From a virus (taxonomy: Duplodnaviria; Caudoviricetes), in the IMG/VR virus record IMGVR_UViG_3300034095_000182, positions 1 to 55,173 of that record: DNA of 55,173 nt. One strand, 5' to 3'. A program made the translations under genes and the position numbers. Of this stretch, positions 12,669 to 21,065 are shown piece after piece. Below the pieces are notes generated by a model that had not been told where the DNA came from, made no database searches, and saw only the letters and a list, made by a program, of their open reading frames with translations. Numbering within the stretch: the first letter of the stretch is position 1; each line of letters starts with the position of its first letter.

Positions 12669-14368
12669 TGGCTGAACAAAAAGCGCCACCTAAGCAAAGC
12701 GAAAGCGTCTCTGCGTTCGTCCAACAATACGGCCCCATCGCCGAGCGCGTAGGTGCAGACATTGGCGTCGACCCAAAGATCATTCTTGGTCAGTGGGGTC
12801 ATGAGACTGGCTGGGGTACAAAGATCATCCCGGGTACCTATAACCTTGGCAACATCAAAGACCCAAGCAACAAAGGCCAAAAAGCATACGACAAGCGCGA
12901 GAAGTCCAACGATGCATATCTGCGGTTTGAAGACCCAGAAGTGTTCGGCGACTACTACTCTGACTTCATCAAGCGGATGTACCCAAAAGCCGTCGGTGCT
13001 GGCTCTGATGTCACCAAGTTCTCGCAGGGCTTGAATCAAGGCGTGCGCGGTGCATATGCAAGCGACGAGAACTACCCACTCGCTTTGCGATCCGCTTACA
13101 CAACGGTTTCTAACATCCGTCCGGCGGGCGAAGAGACTAACCCGTTTGATCGCGTTCAACCGCCGTCAGACGAGACCTTAGAGTCTTCAACCCAAGGTGG
13201 CGGGCCAATGCCCGAGCGTTCTCGCCCAACCGAAGACGCCGCCACGATTGGTACGGCAATTGGTCTTGGCAAAGGCGTTTTGGAGCGTGGTGCTGAAGTC
13301 TACAAGCCGCCATCAACCGCCGCCGCAGAGGAAGGTCTTGCAAGGGCGCAGGATCGCTTCAGAATCGCTCAAGAGCGTCTGGCGAACCCTCCGCCTTCCG
13401 GAGTCAATGTCGCCGACCTAGAGGCCGAATTTCAGCGTTCCCAGAGCGTTCTACAGCAAGCAGAGCGAGAGTTGGGCGAGGCCCGCTCCAGAGCCGCGTC
13501 TATGCGCCCCGGTGCCGCCCCGGCACCTGCCGCCCCGGGTGGGGGTGGTGGCATCCCAACCGATGCCCAGAACCAGCGCGTTCAGTTGGGCACCGTGGAT
13601 GAGTCCGGAACCACTGGCCGTCAGCGTATGGGCTTCAACGAGCGCACAGCCGCAGAAGCCGCACGCCGTGAGGAGGTTGCAAAGGTTCAGGAAGAACTGC
13701 GCCGCAAGGGCGTTCTAACCGACAAGAATGTGCTGGCCGAAGCGCCCGGCATGACCACGACCAAAGGCGGCATTCAGGTGCCAGCCAGCGCGGTCTATGA
13801 GGATGAGTTGGCCCAGCGTCAAGCCGATGCTCGTACAGCGTCTCAAAGAGCCGCCGCAGACACCGAAGTCGAGCGTCTGAAGGCAGAGCAAAAGCGGGCC
13901 AGTATTGAGGCCAGCCAGAGGCGTCGAGCCGTTGAACAAGCCAAACGCGCAGAACAGCAAACGACACAGCGTGCTACTCAAAGCGCGGCCAAAGCAGAAG
14001 ATGCGTTGGCTGTGGCTCAGGCGGCGGCAGATCGCGCCCAGAAGTCTGGTCTCTCAAACTTCCAGAAGGCTGGCAAGTATGTTGCCAAGGCGCCTGTACT
14101 GGCGAATGTGGCCGGAGGTCTTGGGGCTGGATTGTCTGTTGATGAGGCTGTCAAGCGGTATCAGGCTGGTGACTATTCTGGCAGTGTGCTGGCGACTATT
14201 GAGGCCGCACTGGCGACTGCATCGATGGCTCCCCCAGTAGGCCCTGCTGGGCTTGCGGCCAAAGGCGTTGGTACGGTAGGTGGCCTTGCTATGATCCCAG
14301 TCATGATTGCTCACGACTACTTCCGCAAGCGTGGGGCGTGGGCAGAGCCTGAGAAGGCCCCGCAGTAA
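12668..14368 (+). CDS. Virion-associated peptidoglycan hydrolase (GH73/FlgJ-like N-terminal domain) with coiled coil and hydrophobic C-terminus
   Basis: IILGQWGHETGWG, YNLGNIK and AYASDENY match the glucosaminidase motifs (AQxxLETGWG, NLFGIK, YATDPxY). Confidence 0.8.
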   Translation: MAEQKAPPKQSESVSAFVQQYGPIAERVGADIGVDPKIILGQWGHETGWGTKIIPGTYNLGNIKDPSNKGQKAYDKREKSNDAYLRFEDPEVFGDYYSDFIKRMYPKAVGAGSDVTKFSQGLNQGVRGAYASDENYPLALRSAYTTVSNIRPAGEETNPFDRVQPPSDETLESSTQGGGPMPERSRPTEDAATIGTAIGLGKGVLERGAEVYKPPSTAAAEEGLARAQDRFRIAQERLANPPPSGVNVADLEAEFQRSQSVLQQAERELGEARSRAASMRPGAAPAPAAPGGGGGIPTDAQNQRVQLGTVDESGTTGRQRMGFNERTAAEAARREEVAKVQEELRRKGVLTDKNVLAEAPGMTTTKGGIQVPASAVYEDELAQRQADARTASQRAAADTEVERLKAEQKRASIEASQRRRAVEQAKRAEQQTTQRATQSAAKAEDALAVAQAAADRAQKSGLSNFQKAGKYVAKAPVLANVAGGLGAGLSVDEAVKRYQAGDYSGSVLATIEAALATASMAPPVGPAGLAAKGVGTVGGLAMIPVMIAHDYFRKRGAWAEPEKAPQ

Positions 14369-14408
14369 AGAGTTTCTTTGCAAGGAGCAGTTGCCGCTCT
14401 CCTTCTTG

Positions 14409-14433
14409 GCCCCTCTTCGGAGGGGCTTTTTTT
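14409..14433 (+). terminator. Rho-independent terminator ending the late operon
   Basis: GCCCCTC-TTCG-GAGGGGC followed by T7; lies at the convergence of + and - transcription. Confidence 0.9.
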
Positions 14434-14668
14434 ATGCGTTGCCAGCGGTGCAAAGCATCAGAAGAGCGGTTTGCTTGTGCCGCTCCTCTGATTCGTGTAC
14501 CCCTTGATCAAAGCCAGTCTCATAAGCCGCGACGATGAATTTGGCGATGATGCACTCTTCATTGTGTACACCCTCGTCGAATGCTGTCGCCATCTGCCTG
14601 ATGATGTGCATATCAATCTCGAAGTTGCCTTCGGATGTCGTTTTCATGGCTTGATGAAGGACTGACAT
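14432..14668 (-). CDS. Hypothetical protein
   Basis: 78 aa with GAGGTG RBS; last gene of the leftward block. Confidence 0.7.
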   Translation of the reverse strand: MSVLHQAMKTTSEGNFEIDMHIIRQMATAFDEGVHNEECIIAKFIVAAYETGFDQGVHESEERHKQTALLMLCTAGNA

Positions 14669-14671
14669 AGT

Positions 14672-14893
14672 TCACCTCGGTGCGTATTTTTCCAGTGTCT
14701 CGCCTACCACGCGGTTCATATCTTTCACCATTGCAACACATCGAGCGTGTTCTTGCTTGGCAATTTCAATGCGGGCCACGGCAATTACATTCTCGGCAAA
14801 CTGGACAATGTCCACCTCGTCTGCCAAGAGGGCGTCCTTGCGGGGCTTGTCGCTTTGGAAAAAGATTTGCTTGATAAATTCTTCACTCAGCAT
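14672..14893 (-). CDS. Hypothetical protein
   Basis: 73 aa, tightly packed between neighbours. Confidence 0.7.
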   Translation of the reverse strand: MLSEEFIKQIFFQSDKPRKDALLADEVDIVQFAENVIAVARIEIAKQEHARCVAMVKDMNRVVGETLEKYAPR

Positions 14894-15098
14894 TTTTGAC
14901 TTTCCATAGTTCCCAGTTGATGATTGTGTTTCGAGCGATAACGCGCTGTGGCCCGGTGTAAGGGTTCAGATCGCTATCAAGAAACTCTTCGACGATCATG
15001 TCCTTTTTCAAGAACAACTCGTGGCGCTCGGCCTTGAGTTTGTCGTCAAAGAGAGACCCGTCGCTCGTCTTAAAGGCTTCGATTTTTTCCATGATCAT
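14883..15098 (-). CDS. Hypothetical protein
   Basis: Start at 15098 overlaps the nuclease stop (ATGA); AFKTSDGSLF motif. Confidence 0.7.
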   Translation of the reverse strand: MIMEKIEAFKTSDGSLFDDKLKAERHELFLKKDMIVEEFLDSDLNPYTGPQRVIARNTIINWELWKVKNAE

Positions 15099-15850
15099 TT
15101 GTGTTGATTTTTGGTTTGCCAGAAAGTCAACAGTGCATGGAACATCTGCCAGCCACGAGCAAGGTCTGCCTGATCCCATTCAATGATCTTGACGAGGCCC
15201 GGCACATTGCGTGACACGAAGATGTTCGCGCATCGGGCGTCTGGCATACCCAGCCCGACACGGTAAGCAGACAACTGCATCATGTGTTCATCATAGGCGT
15301 CCACCTTGTCCGGATCAGTGAAGTCCTTGGTCTTGATGTCCACCACGAGGTTTTGAGCGTGCAGGTCGCACTTGCCGCCAAAGCCAATCTCATGGCCGAA
15401 GGAGCGCTCTGCAACCCACGCCTGATGCCCAAAATAAGCCTGTAGGGCCTCCACACAGCCCTTGACATGGTCTTGGTGCTTGTCGGCCTGTACGCCCTCG
15501 TAGAACGACTGTATCGAGGCGTGGATGTCGGTGCCAAGGTCAGCGGCGGCGCGGCCCTGCTCCTTGGAGTCATCCATGATGCGTGCGATCCACTCATCCT
15601 CTGGCTCGTCAGGGCGACGGGGAAGGGTCAATGCGGCCAACAGTACCTGCCGCTGGAGCCACTGGTTCAGAGCGGGCTTTGCGGCCACATTCAGCACCGT
15701 GGTCACTGAGGGGATCAGACCCTCTTTGCGGGCGTCACGCAAGGTTGTGTTGCGCTCCTTGCCGTTGGCCCCCACCACGGTATACCGAGGCACGCCGTCG
15801 CGGGTGTACCAGTGATTCGATTCGCTGGCGCGTGGTTCTTTTGCAATCAT
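15095..15850 (-). CDS. PD-(D/E)XK exonuclease (Cas4/RecB-like, recombination)
   Basis: PSVTTVL, GTDIH, E...GGKCDL...VVDIKT and QLSAY motifs. Confidence 0.85.
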   Translation of the reverse strand: MIAKEPRASESNHWYTRDGVPRYTVVGANGKERNTTLRDARKEGLIPSVTTVLNVAAKPALNQWLQRQVLLAALTLPRRPDEPEDEWIARIMDDSKEQGRAAADLGTDIHASIQSFYEGVQADKHQDHVKGCVEALQAYFGHQAWVAERSFGHEIGFGGKCDLHAQNLVVDIKTKDFTDPDKVDAYDEHMMQLSAYRVGLGMPDARCANIFVSRNVPGLVKIIEWDQADLARGWQMFHALLTFWQTKNQHK

Positions 15851-16017
15851 TGTTGTGTGTCCTTGTCTTTGTTGAATGCGATGAACGCATCAGCGAGTTC
15901 GTAGGCCCGCTCAATGGCCTTGTCATCCCACTTCTCGGCGCCTTCGACCAGAACGAACTTCCAGTCAGCGCCGATGATGGCCTTGAGAATTTCCAGAGCG
16001 ATGAGGTTGCGATCCAT
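15847..16017 (-). CDS. Small hypothetical protein (AYxLADA type)
   Basis: 56 aa from ATG 16017 (TAATG coupling); resembles 20910..21065. Confidence 0.7.
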   Translation of the reverse strand: MDRNLIALEILKAIIGADWKFVLVEGAEKWDDKAIERAYELADAFIAFNKDKDTQQ

Positions 16018-16181
16018 TACCAGACCCCCAGCCATACCCCGGTGCCGTGAATCCACGCAACCGGGAAGAAGAGGGCGCCAGCGATGAGAAAGCCCCATGA
16101 GGCGGTTTTAAGGCACACCACAATGTGTGTGATCCATGCGGCAATGATCCAGCCGACGAAGATGAGTGCGCCTAAGTTCAT
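16017..16181 (-). CDS. Small membrane protein (not in ORF track)
   Basis: MNLGALIFVGWIIAAWITHIVVCLKTASWGFLIAGALFFPVAWIHGTGVWLGVW, 54 aa, overlaps both neighbours. Confidence 0.75.
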   Translation of the reverse strand: MNLGALIFVGWIIAAWITHIVVCLKTASWGFLIAGALFFPVAWIHGTGVWLGVW

Positions 16182-16390
16182 TTTGCGGGCCTCCCGGGGC
16201 GCTTTTTGGGCGTCCCATCTTTCTTCAAGCCGTACTTGGTGCGAGGGGCTGGCTGAGGTGCCGCCTGCGGTTGCAGTTGCGCCTCCACTTGCATGGATAG
16301 GCCCTCAAGGATTGCTGTGGTGCGCAGTTTGATTGCCGCCACGATGAACGGGTAATCGTCTGCTTGTATTTTTAGATGTAGGTAGTTCAT
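16178..16390 (-). CDS. Small protein with a C-terminal AT-hook-like basic tail
   Basis: YGLKKDGTPKKRPGRPAK C-terminus; AAGGAG RBS. Confidence 0.75.
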   Translation of the reverse strand: MNYLHLKIQADDYPFIVAAIKLRTTAILEGLSMQVEAQLQPQAAPQPAPRTKYGLKKDGTPKKRPGRPAK

Positions 16391-16408
16391 TGCCGCTCTC
16401 CTTCTGCC

Positions 16409-16561
16409 TTAGAAGCAGGTTGTGTTGCAGTTCCCGCGACTATCACAGCAAGTCGTGCAGGTCACGAACTTGTTGCCGTAAGACACGGTGCTGGTGGTAC
16501 AGGTCGCGTAGGCCACTGATGCAAGACCTGCAAACACTAAGCCGATAAATGCTTTTTTCAT
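16409..16561 (-). CDS. Secreted six-cysteine miniprotein (not in ORF track)
   Basis: GAGGAG RBS; MKKAFIGLVFAGLASVAYA|TCTTSTVSYGNKFVTCTTCCDSRGNCNTTCF, 50 aa; fills the gap between two genes. Confidence 0.8.
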   Translation of the reverse strand: MKKAFIGLVFAGLASVAYATCTTSTVSYGNKFVTCTTCCDSRGNCNTTCF

Positions 16562-16570
16562 GTTCTCTCC

Positions 16571-17221
16571 TCAAAATGGGATGTCGTCGTCCATATCGTC
16601 AAAGCCGGAAGACTTCGACGCGCTCTCGTTTTTGGCGTACTGCTGACCCTCACGGGCTTGCCATTCAGGTGAACCCTGAATCTTTTGCTTCAAGCCATCG
16701 CTGAAGGTGTCGAACATGGTCATGTCCGGTTCGTCGATGGAGAAAATGCCGGGCTTGTTGTGCCCCTCGGGGAGGCCAGCCTTTTTGACCTGCGGTGGTA
16801 CCTGCATGATCGCGGCAATGTTGGTGTACTCCTTGCCGTTGTTGCCAGTGGACTTGATGACCGAGATCATTGCCCATGCACCCAGCACATTCTTGAGTTC
16901 AAAGCCACGGAGTTCTTCCGCAGTGAACTCACGGCCACGCCAAGTCTGCAAGTCTTTGCGCAGGGTGGCTTTCTCGGCCAACGACAGCGTGAAGTTCTTG
17001 CTGATAGTCATGGGTTCGCCTTTGGCGGTGAGGATCGGTTTGCCGTTGTCGTCTTCGCCATGCACCTCGAACTGCAACATCACCTTGGGCAGGTGTTTGA
17101 TGGTTCCAAGGTACTCGGACTTTTGAGTTCCGAGGTCGACGACGCGGTAGCAACGCGCCAGATGCATACCGGGTGGTACGGGGGTGAAGGTGCCTTCGCC
17201 TTCTTTCGCTATCAAAGCCAT
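16571..17221 (-). CDS. Putative single-stranded DNA-binding/recombination protein
   Basis: 216 aa, VPPGMHLARCYRVVDLGTQ N-terminus and SSB-type acidic tail DDMDDDIPF; near the exonuclease. Confidence 0.7.
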   Translation of the reverse strand: MALIAKEGEGTFTPVPPGMHLARCYRVVDLGTQKSEYLGTIKHLPKVMLQFEVHGEDDNGKPILTAKGEPMTISKNFTLSLAEKATLRKDLQTWRGREFTAEELRGFELKNVLGAWAMISVIKSTGNNGKEYTNIAAIMQVPPQVKKAGLPEGHNKPGIFSIDEPDMTMFDTFSDGLKQKIQGSPEWQAREGQQYAKNESASKSSGFDDMDDDIPF

Positions 17222-17397
17222 TATTCGCTCCTAGAGGTTTCAAGTTGAGATTGACGACGAGGTACGCCGCATTCGTAGCGGATCGTTGCCCAGTCGTCGG
17301 GGGTAGCAACGCCAGCCTCAGCCCGGTCAAGGGCCTCCTCTAGCATTTGCATTCTTTCAAGCATCGCTTGATGAAATTCTGCTTCTCTGTCGTCCAT
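17221..17397 (-). CDS. Small hypothetical protein, first gene of the leftward operon (not in ORF track)
   Basis: MDDREAEFHQAMLERMQMLEEALDRAEAG..., 58 aa, TAATG-coupled to the next gene. Confidence 0.7.
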   Translation of the reverse strand: MDDREAEFHQAMLERMQMLEEALDRAEAGVATPDDWATIRYECGVPRRQSQLETSRSE

Positions 17398-17425
17398 AGT
17401 TCGCTTTCAGGTTAAACACAGGCTG

Positions 17426-17454
17426 ACTGTACCATGTTTAACTTTAAGATACAA
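17426..17454 (-). promoter_or_regulatory. Leftward sigma70-type promoter
   Basis: On the minus strand TTGTAT-N17-TACAGT, with TGG before the -10. Confidence 0.55.
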
Positions 17455-17459
17455 CCCCC

Positions 17460-17487
17460 TTGACAAGGGAGTTTTGTAGTGTATGAT
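17460..17487 (+). promoter_or_regulatory. Rightward sigma70-type promoter
   Basis: TTGACA-N16-TATGAT upstream of the Cro-like gene. Confidence 0.7.
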
Positions 17488-17514
17488 CACCTTAAACCAA
17501 CCCAAGGAGAGTGT

Positions 17515-17724
17515 ATGACCCTAGAAGAGTACTTTGCAGACAAACCGAGAGGCGCCAAGATCGCTCTCGCCAACAAGTTGGGGGTGTCCAAGACTTGGAT
17601 GTCTCTGCTTGTCAGCGGGCGCGAACAGCCTAGTGCTGGCCTTGCCCTCATGATCGAAAAATTCACCAAAGGAGCCGTCACGCGCAAGACACTGCGGCCC
17701 GATTTATTCGGAGAAATCAAGTGA
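17515..17724 (+). CDS. Cro/YdaS-like HTH regulator
   Basis: AAGGAG RBS; ALANKLGVSKTWMSLLVSG helix-turn-helix; IEKFTKGAVTRKTLRPD tail typical of the YdaS/Cro family. Confidence 0.85.
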   Translation: MTLEEYFADKPRGAKIALANKLGVSKTWMSLLVSGREQPSAGLALMIEKFTKGAVTRKTLRPDLFGEIK

Positions 17725-18362
17725 TCTGGTACAAATTTCACCTCGGTGATTACATCACCCACACACTGCATCTATCGGACGCGGAAGACCTTGCGTACCG
17801 TCGACTGCTCGACCTGTACTACATGAGCGAGAAAGCGATCCCGCTCAATACAGAGGAGGTGGCACGAAAAATCCGTTTGGATTTGGACATAACCGAATCG
17901 GTTTTGGGGGAGTTTTTTGAGAAGACCCCAGAAGGGTATCGAAACAGTCGTTGTGATGAAGAAATTGCGAAATATCAACATCAAGTTGCGACAAACCGAT
18001 CCCTCGGAAAGCGAGGCGGGAGGCCGAAGAAAACCGAATCGGTAACCGAATCGGAACCGAAAGCAAACCCTAAGAAGATACAGATACAGAAGAAGAATAT
18101 AAATACATCGTCGAGATTCGACGAGTTTTGGGCGGCATGGCCTTCATCAAAACGCAAGGTTGGCAAAGCCGCTGTGTTGGCGAAGTGGGAGAAGCATGGC
18201 CTTGACGAAGTGGCTGACATCATCATCGCCAATGTCGACGAACTCAAGAACTCCGAGCAGTGGACGAGTGGGTTCGAGCCAGCGCCAATGACCTACATCA
18301 ACCAACGCCGCTGGGAGGATGAGTTGATGTCTGACATCCCACCAAGCCGGAGGGCTATATGA
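17721..18362 (+). CDS. Replication initiator, YdaU/DUF1376 family
   Basis: WYKFHLGDY..T.HLS..EDLAYRRLLDLYY N-terminus, GKRGGRPKK, FDEFWAAWP...K.GK and TYINQRRWED C-terminal domain. Confidence 0.85.
   Translation: MIWYKFHLGDYITHTLHLSDAEDLAYRRLLDLYYMSEKAIPLNTEEVARKIRLDLDITESVLGEFFEKTPEGYRNSRCDEEIAKYQHQVATNRSLGKRGGRPKKTESVTESEPKANPKKIQIQKKNINTSSRFDEFWAAWPSSKRKVGKAAVLAKWEKHGLDEVADIIIANVDELKNSEQWTSGFEPAPMTYINQRRWEDELMSDIPPSRRAI
17891..18106. promoter_or_regulatory. Candidate replication origin (iterons inside the initiator gene)
   Basis: AACCGAATCGG at 17891, 18032 and 18044, half sites at 17994 and 18055, followed by an A-rich tract at 18072-18106. Confidence 0.6.
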
Positions 18363-18793
18363 CCCCTGTTGAGGGCATCCTGTCCCGGCTCCAGAAGGTC
18401 AAGGGCAAGAATGGCTCTTGGACTGCCTGCTGTCCTGCACACAACGACAAAGGGCCATCACTCGCCATTCGCGAGGCTGATGATGGTCGGGTGCTGTTGC
18501 ACTGCTTTGCCGGGTGCGAGGTCAACAGCGTGGTGACCGCCTTGGGCATGGATATGACAGACCTGTTCCCGCCAGACAACAAGCGGCGCGACTACCCCGT
18601 CGAAGGCAAGCCCCGTCTCAAGCCAGCGTTCTACGCAAGTGACCTGATCCGCATCCTCGCGTTTGAGGCTTTGGTGGTCAGCATTTGCGCACACGACCTG
18701 CGTAAGGGTAAGGCTCTCCCAGACGAGGACTATGAGCGATTGAAAGTGGCACAACAGCGAATTGAAGAGGTAATGCACTATGCAAACATCTAA
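18359..18793 (+). CDS. Primase-type zinc-finger (CHC2-like) protein
   Basis: CCPAHNDKGPSL...LLHCFAGC; no TOPRIM domain visible. Confidence 0.8.
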   Translation: MTPVEGILSRLQKVKGKNGSWTACCPAHNDKGPSLAIREADDGRVLLHCFAGCEVNSVVTALGMDMTDLFPPDNKRRDYPVEGKPRLKPAFYASDLIRILAFEALVVSICAHDLRKGKALPDEDYERLKVAQQRIEEVMHYANI

Positions 18794-19784
18794 TGTGGCC
18801 GAGCGTGCAAAGGCGCTCGATGAGGCCCGCAGGGTCAGGCTCTTGAAGCCAGAAGATGTCGATGTCGACAAGTACTTGCACGCGACCGACATTACCAACA
18901 AGGTTCGTGAGGTAACTGGCCTGCTTGACGAGTTGCGCGACGAGATTGCCAACCCGACCAAAGAGGTCACGCACACCATGCCATGGCCGAAGACAGAACA
19001 CAGTTTTCGTTTTCGTCCGGGTGAAGTAACGCTGTACGCCGGGTCAAACGGTGGTGGCAAGTCTTTGATCACGGGTCAGATCGCACTGGGCCTGATCAAG
19101 CAAAAGCAAAAGATTTGCATCCAGTCGTTTGAGATGAAGCCCAAGCGTACGCTGTATCGGATGCTTCGACAGTTCGCTGGCGAGAACATCGAGTTCCCAA
19201 AGTTCATGTCGAAGGAAAAGTACATCGGCAGGTTACTGGATCGCTTTCACGACTTTGCTGGCAACAAGATGTGGCTCTACGATCAGCAAGGCACGGTGAC
19301 GACACAGCAGGTCATTGCTGTTACTCGCTACTGCGCGATGGAGTTGGGTATTGGTCATGTGTTTATCGACTCATTGATGAAGTGTGTGCCCGGCGAGGAT
19401 GACTACAACGCGCAGAAGATGTTCGTTGATGAGATCACTGCTGTGGCCCGCGATCACAACATCCACATTCATTTGATCCATCACATTCGCAAGTTGCAGA
19501 ACGAAGAGTTGCAACCCAACAAGAATGACATTAAGGGTACGGGCGCGATTGCTGACCAAGTCGACAATGTTTTGCTGGTCTGGCGCAACAAGAAAAAGGA
19601 ACACGACAAACAGAAGAAGGGCGTGGCTGATGAGAAGTTGCCCGACACCATGCTGATGTGCGAGAAGCAACGCAACGGCGAAAGCGAGGACTGGTTCAAT
19701 CTCTGGTACGACAAAGAGAGCCAGCAGTTCGTTGAGATGCCCGGTGCAGTTGCTATGCAATTCGACGCCGGAGGTTCGTTCTGA
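18780..19784 (+). CDS. DnaB/T7 gp4-like SF4 replicative helicase
   Basis: Walker A AGSNGGGKS, SFEM, Walker B VFIDSL, HHIRK, IKGTGAI.D..DNV and EKQRNGE. Confidence 0.9.
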   Translation: MQTSNVAERAKALDEARRVRLLKPEDVDVDKYLHATDITNKVREVTGLLDELRDEIANPTKEVTHTMPWPKTEHSFRFRPGEVTLYAGSNGGGKSLITGQIALGLIKQKQKICIQSFEMKPKRTLYRMLRQFAGENIEFPKFMSKEKYIGRLLDRFHDFAGNKMWLYDQQGTVTTQQVIAVTRYCAMELGIGHVFIDSLMKCVPGEDDYNAQKMFVDEITAVARDHNIHIHLIHHIRKLQNEELQPNKNDIKGTGAIADQVDNVLLVWRNKKKEHDKQKKGVADEKLPDTMLMCEKQRNGESEDWFNLWYDKESQQFVEMPGAVAMQFDAGGSF

Positions 19785-20059
19785 TGCCGATCATCAAAGG
19801 GGATGTCCGTGAGTACTACAGAAATTGGAAAGAGGGAGAGGGCGACGACGAACATCGTCACCGTTGTCTCGTTCGATGGGTCATTCAAAAAAGAATTGAA
19901 GATCGCGATGGAGCGTATCGATGGCTCAATGGTTACATTGACGACACTGGCCGTCATCACAAAGGATGGAATGACTTACATAAGGGATCACGGCTTGAAC
20001 AAGATGTTCGAGATCAGTGGAGCAAAGGCAATCGTGGAACAGAAGGAGAATGGAAATGA
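19784..20059 (+). CDS. Hypothetical protein
   Basis: 91 aa, HRHRCLVR and QWSKGNRG motifs; coupled to neighbours. Confidence 0.7.
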   Translation: MPIIKGDVREYYRNWKEGEGDDEHRHRCLVRWVIQKRIEDRDGAYRWLNGYIDDTGRHHKGWNDLHKGSRLEQDVRDQWSKGNRGTEGEWK

Positions 20060-20340
20060 GTAAGGTTGATTTGAGTGATTTTCAAAAGCGCTTTCTGCTT
20101 GGTCAGGGCGCGGGGCAAACGCTGTACACAGCAAAAGAGTTTGAAGAGGCGCTGGCGCAGGCTAAAGCCGAGATCATGGCGGTAGCGATACAGACCAGCA
20201 AGCAGGCCATCATGATCGAGCGTGAGGAGTGTGCCCGTATTCTTGATGACGAGATGGCCGAGCAAGATACCGCAGTGCGTGGTGTGCTTGAGATTCTTGC
20301 CGAGAAAATTCGCAACCGTATACCTTCGCAGAGGCAATGA
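20056..20340 (+). CDS. Hypothetical protein (EREECA motif)
   Basis: ATG 20056 with AAGGAG upstream; ATGA coupling. Confidence 0.7.
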   Translation: MSKVDLSDFQKRFLLGQGAGQTLYTAKEFEEALAQAKAEIMAVAIQTSKQAIMIEREECARILDDEMAEQDTAVRGVLEILAEKIRNRIPSQRQ

Positions 20341-20570
20341 TGCAAAAACATAAACGCATACTTGAGCAGATCACTCAAAACGATTTGGTGGCCTCGTTTG
20401 GTCAAGAGGTGGAGGTCACATACCCAACGAGCGACGAGTTCCCTCCCATGAGGGGCCGACTGTTTGTTTTTTCGCCAGCGCAATTTGAGGCGATGCTCGA
20501 TCAGGTTGTTGAGTTCTCGTATCACGAGACTTTCAGTTTGATTAAGCGTCAAGTGAACCGGAATGATTGA
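20337..20570 (+). CDS. Hypothetical protein
   Basis: 77 aa, coupled to neighbours. Confidence 0.65.
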   Translation: MMQKHKRILEQITQNDLVASFGQEVEVTYPTSDEFPPMRGRLFVFSPAQFEAMLDQVVEFSYHETFSLIKRQVNRND

Positions 20571-20913
20571 TCTGACACTGCCATGGCCCCCAAGCGTAAA
20601 CAGATACTGGCGGACATTCCAAGGCCGGATGATCATCAGCGCGGAGGGCCGCTCTTATCGCAAGGCTGTCGCGGATCAAGTGCTGATCCAGCGAGGGGCA
20701 AAGCACTACGAAAAGAAGTTGCGCGTGGTGATCGAGGCATGGAGACCAGACAACCGTCGCCGGGATTTGGACAACCTGCTCAAAGCAGTGCTGGACTCAT
20801 TGACCCACGCTGGGGTTTGGTCGGACGACGGAAACATAGTCGACCTGCGCATCTATTGGGCGCCGGGGATTGCAGGGATGTTGAAAATTCACATACAGGA
20901 GGTGCCGCAATGA
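20563..20913 (+). CDS. rusA: Holliday junction resolvase RusA
   Basis: LPWPPSVN.YWR, PDNRRRDLDNLLKAVLDSL and DD.NI motifs. Confidence 0.92.
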   Translation: MIDLTLPWPPSVNRYWRTFQGRMIISAEGRSYRKAVADQVLIQRGAKHYEKKLRVVIEAWRPDNRRRDLDNLLKAVLDSLTHAGVWSDDGNIVDLRIYWAPGIAGMLKIHIQEVPQ

Positions 20914-21065
20914 AAGAACCAACCATGAAACAAGTTTGGGCTGGCCTCGCCATGTTGGCGTTGTTGACTCGCAGAGATTACGAAGGCGACTTCGCAGACA
21001 TCGCGGCTGATGCATGGCGCATGGCTGACAAGATGGAAGAGGAGGAGCAAGATCGTGACGAGTGA
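20910..21065 (+). CDS. Small hypothetical protein (AWxMADxM type)
   Basis: MKEPTMKQVWAGLAMLALL...AWRMADKM; GGAGG RBS. Confidence 0.65.
   Translation: MKEPTMKQVWAGLAMLALLTRRDYEGDFADIAADAWRMADKMEEEEQDRDE

Noticed and set aside
15095-15850. Cas4 of a CRISPR system
   Set aside because: No four-Cys Fe-S pattern, no array and no cas1/cas2; the context is phage recombination.
19760-19784. Helicase C-terminus FDAGGSF as a GG or GGTF virion motif
   Set aside because: Single imperfect instance in a non-structural enzyme; likely chance.
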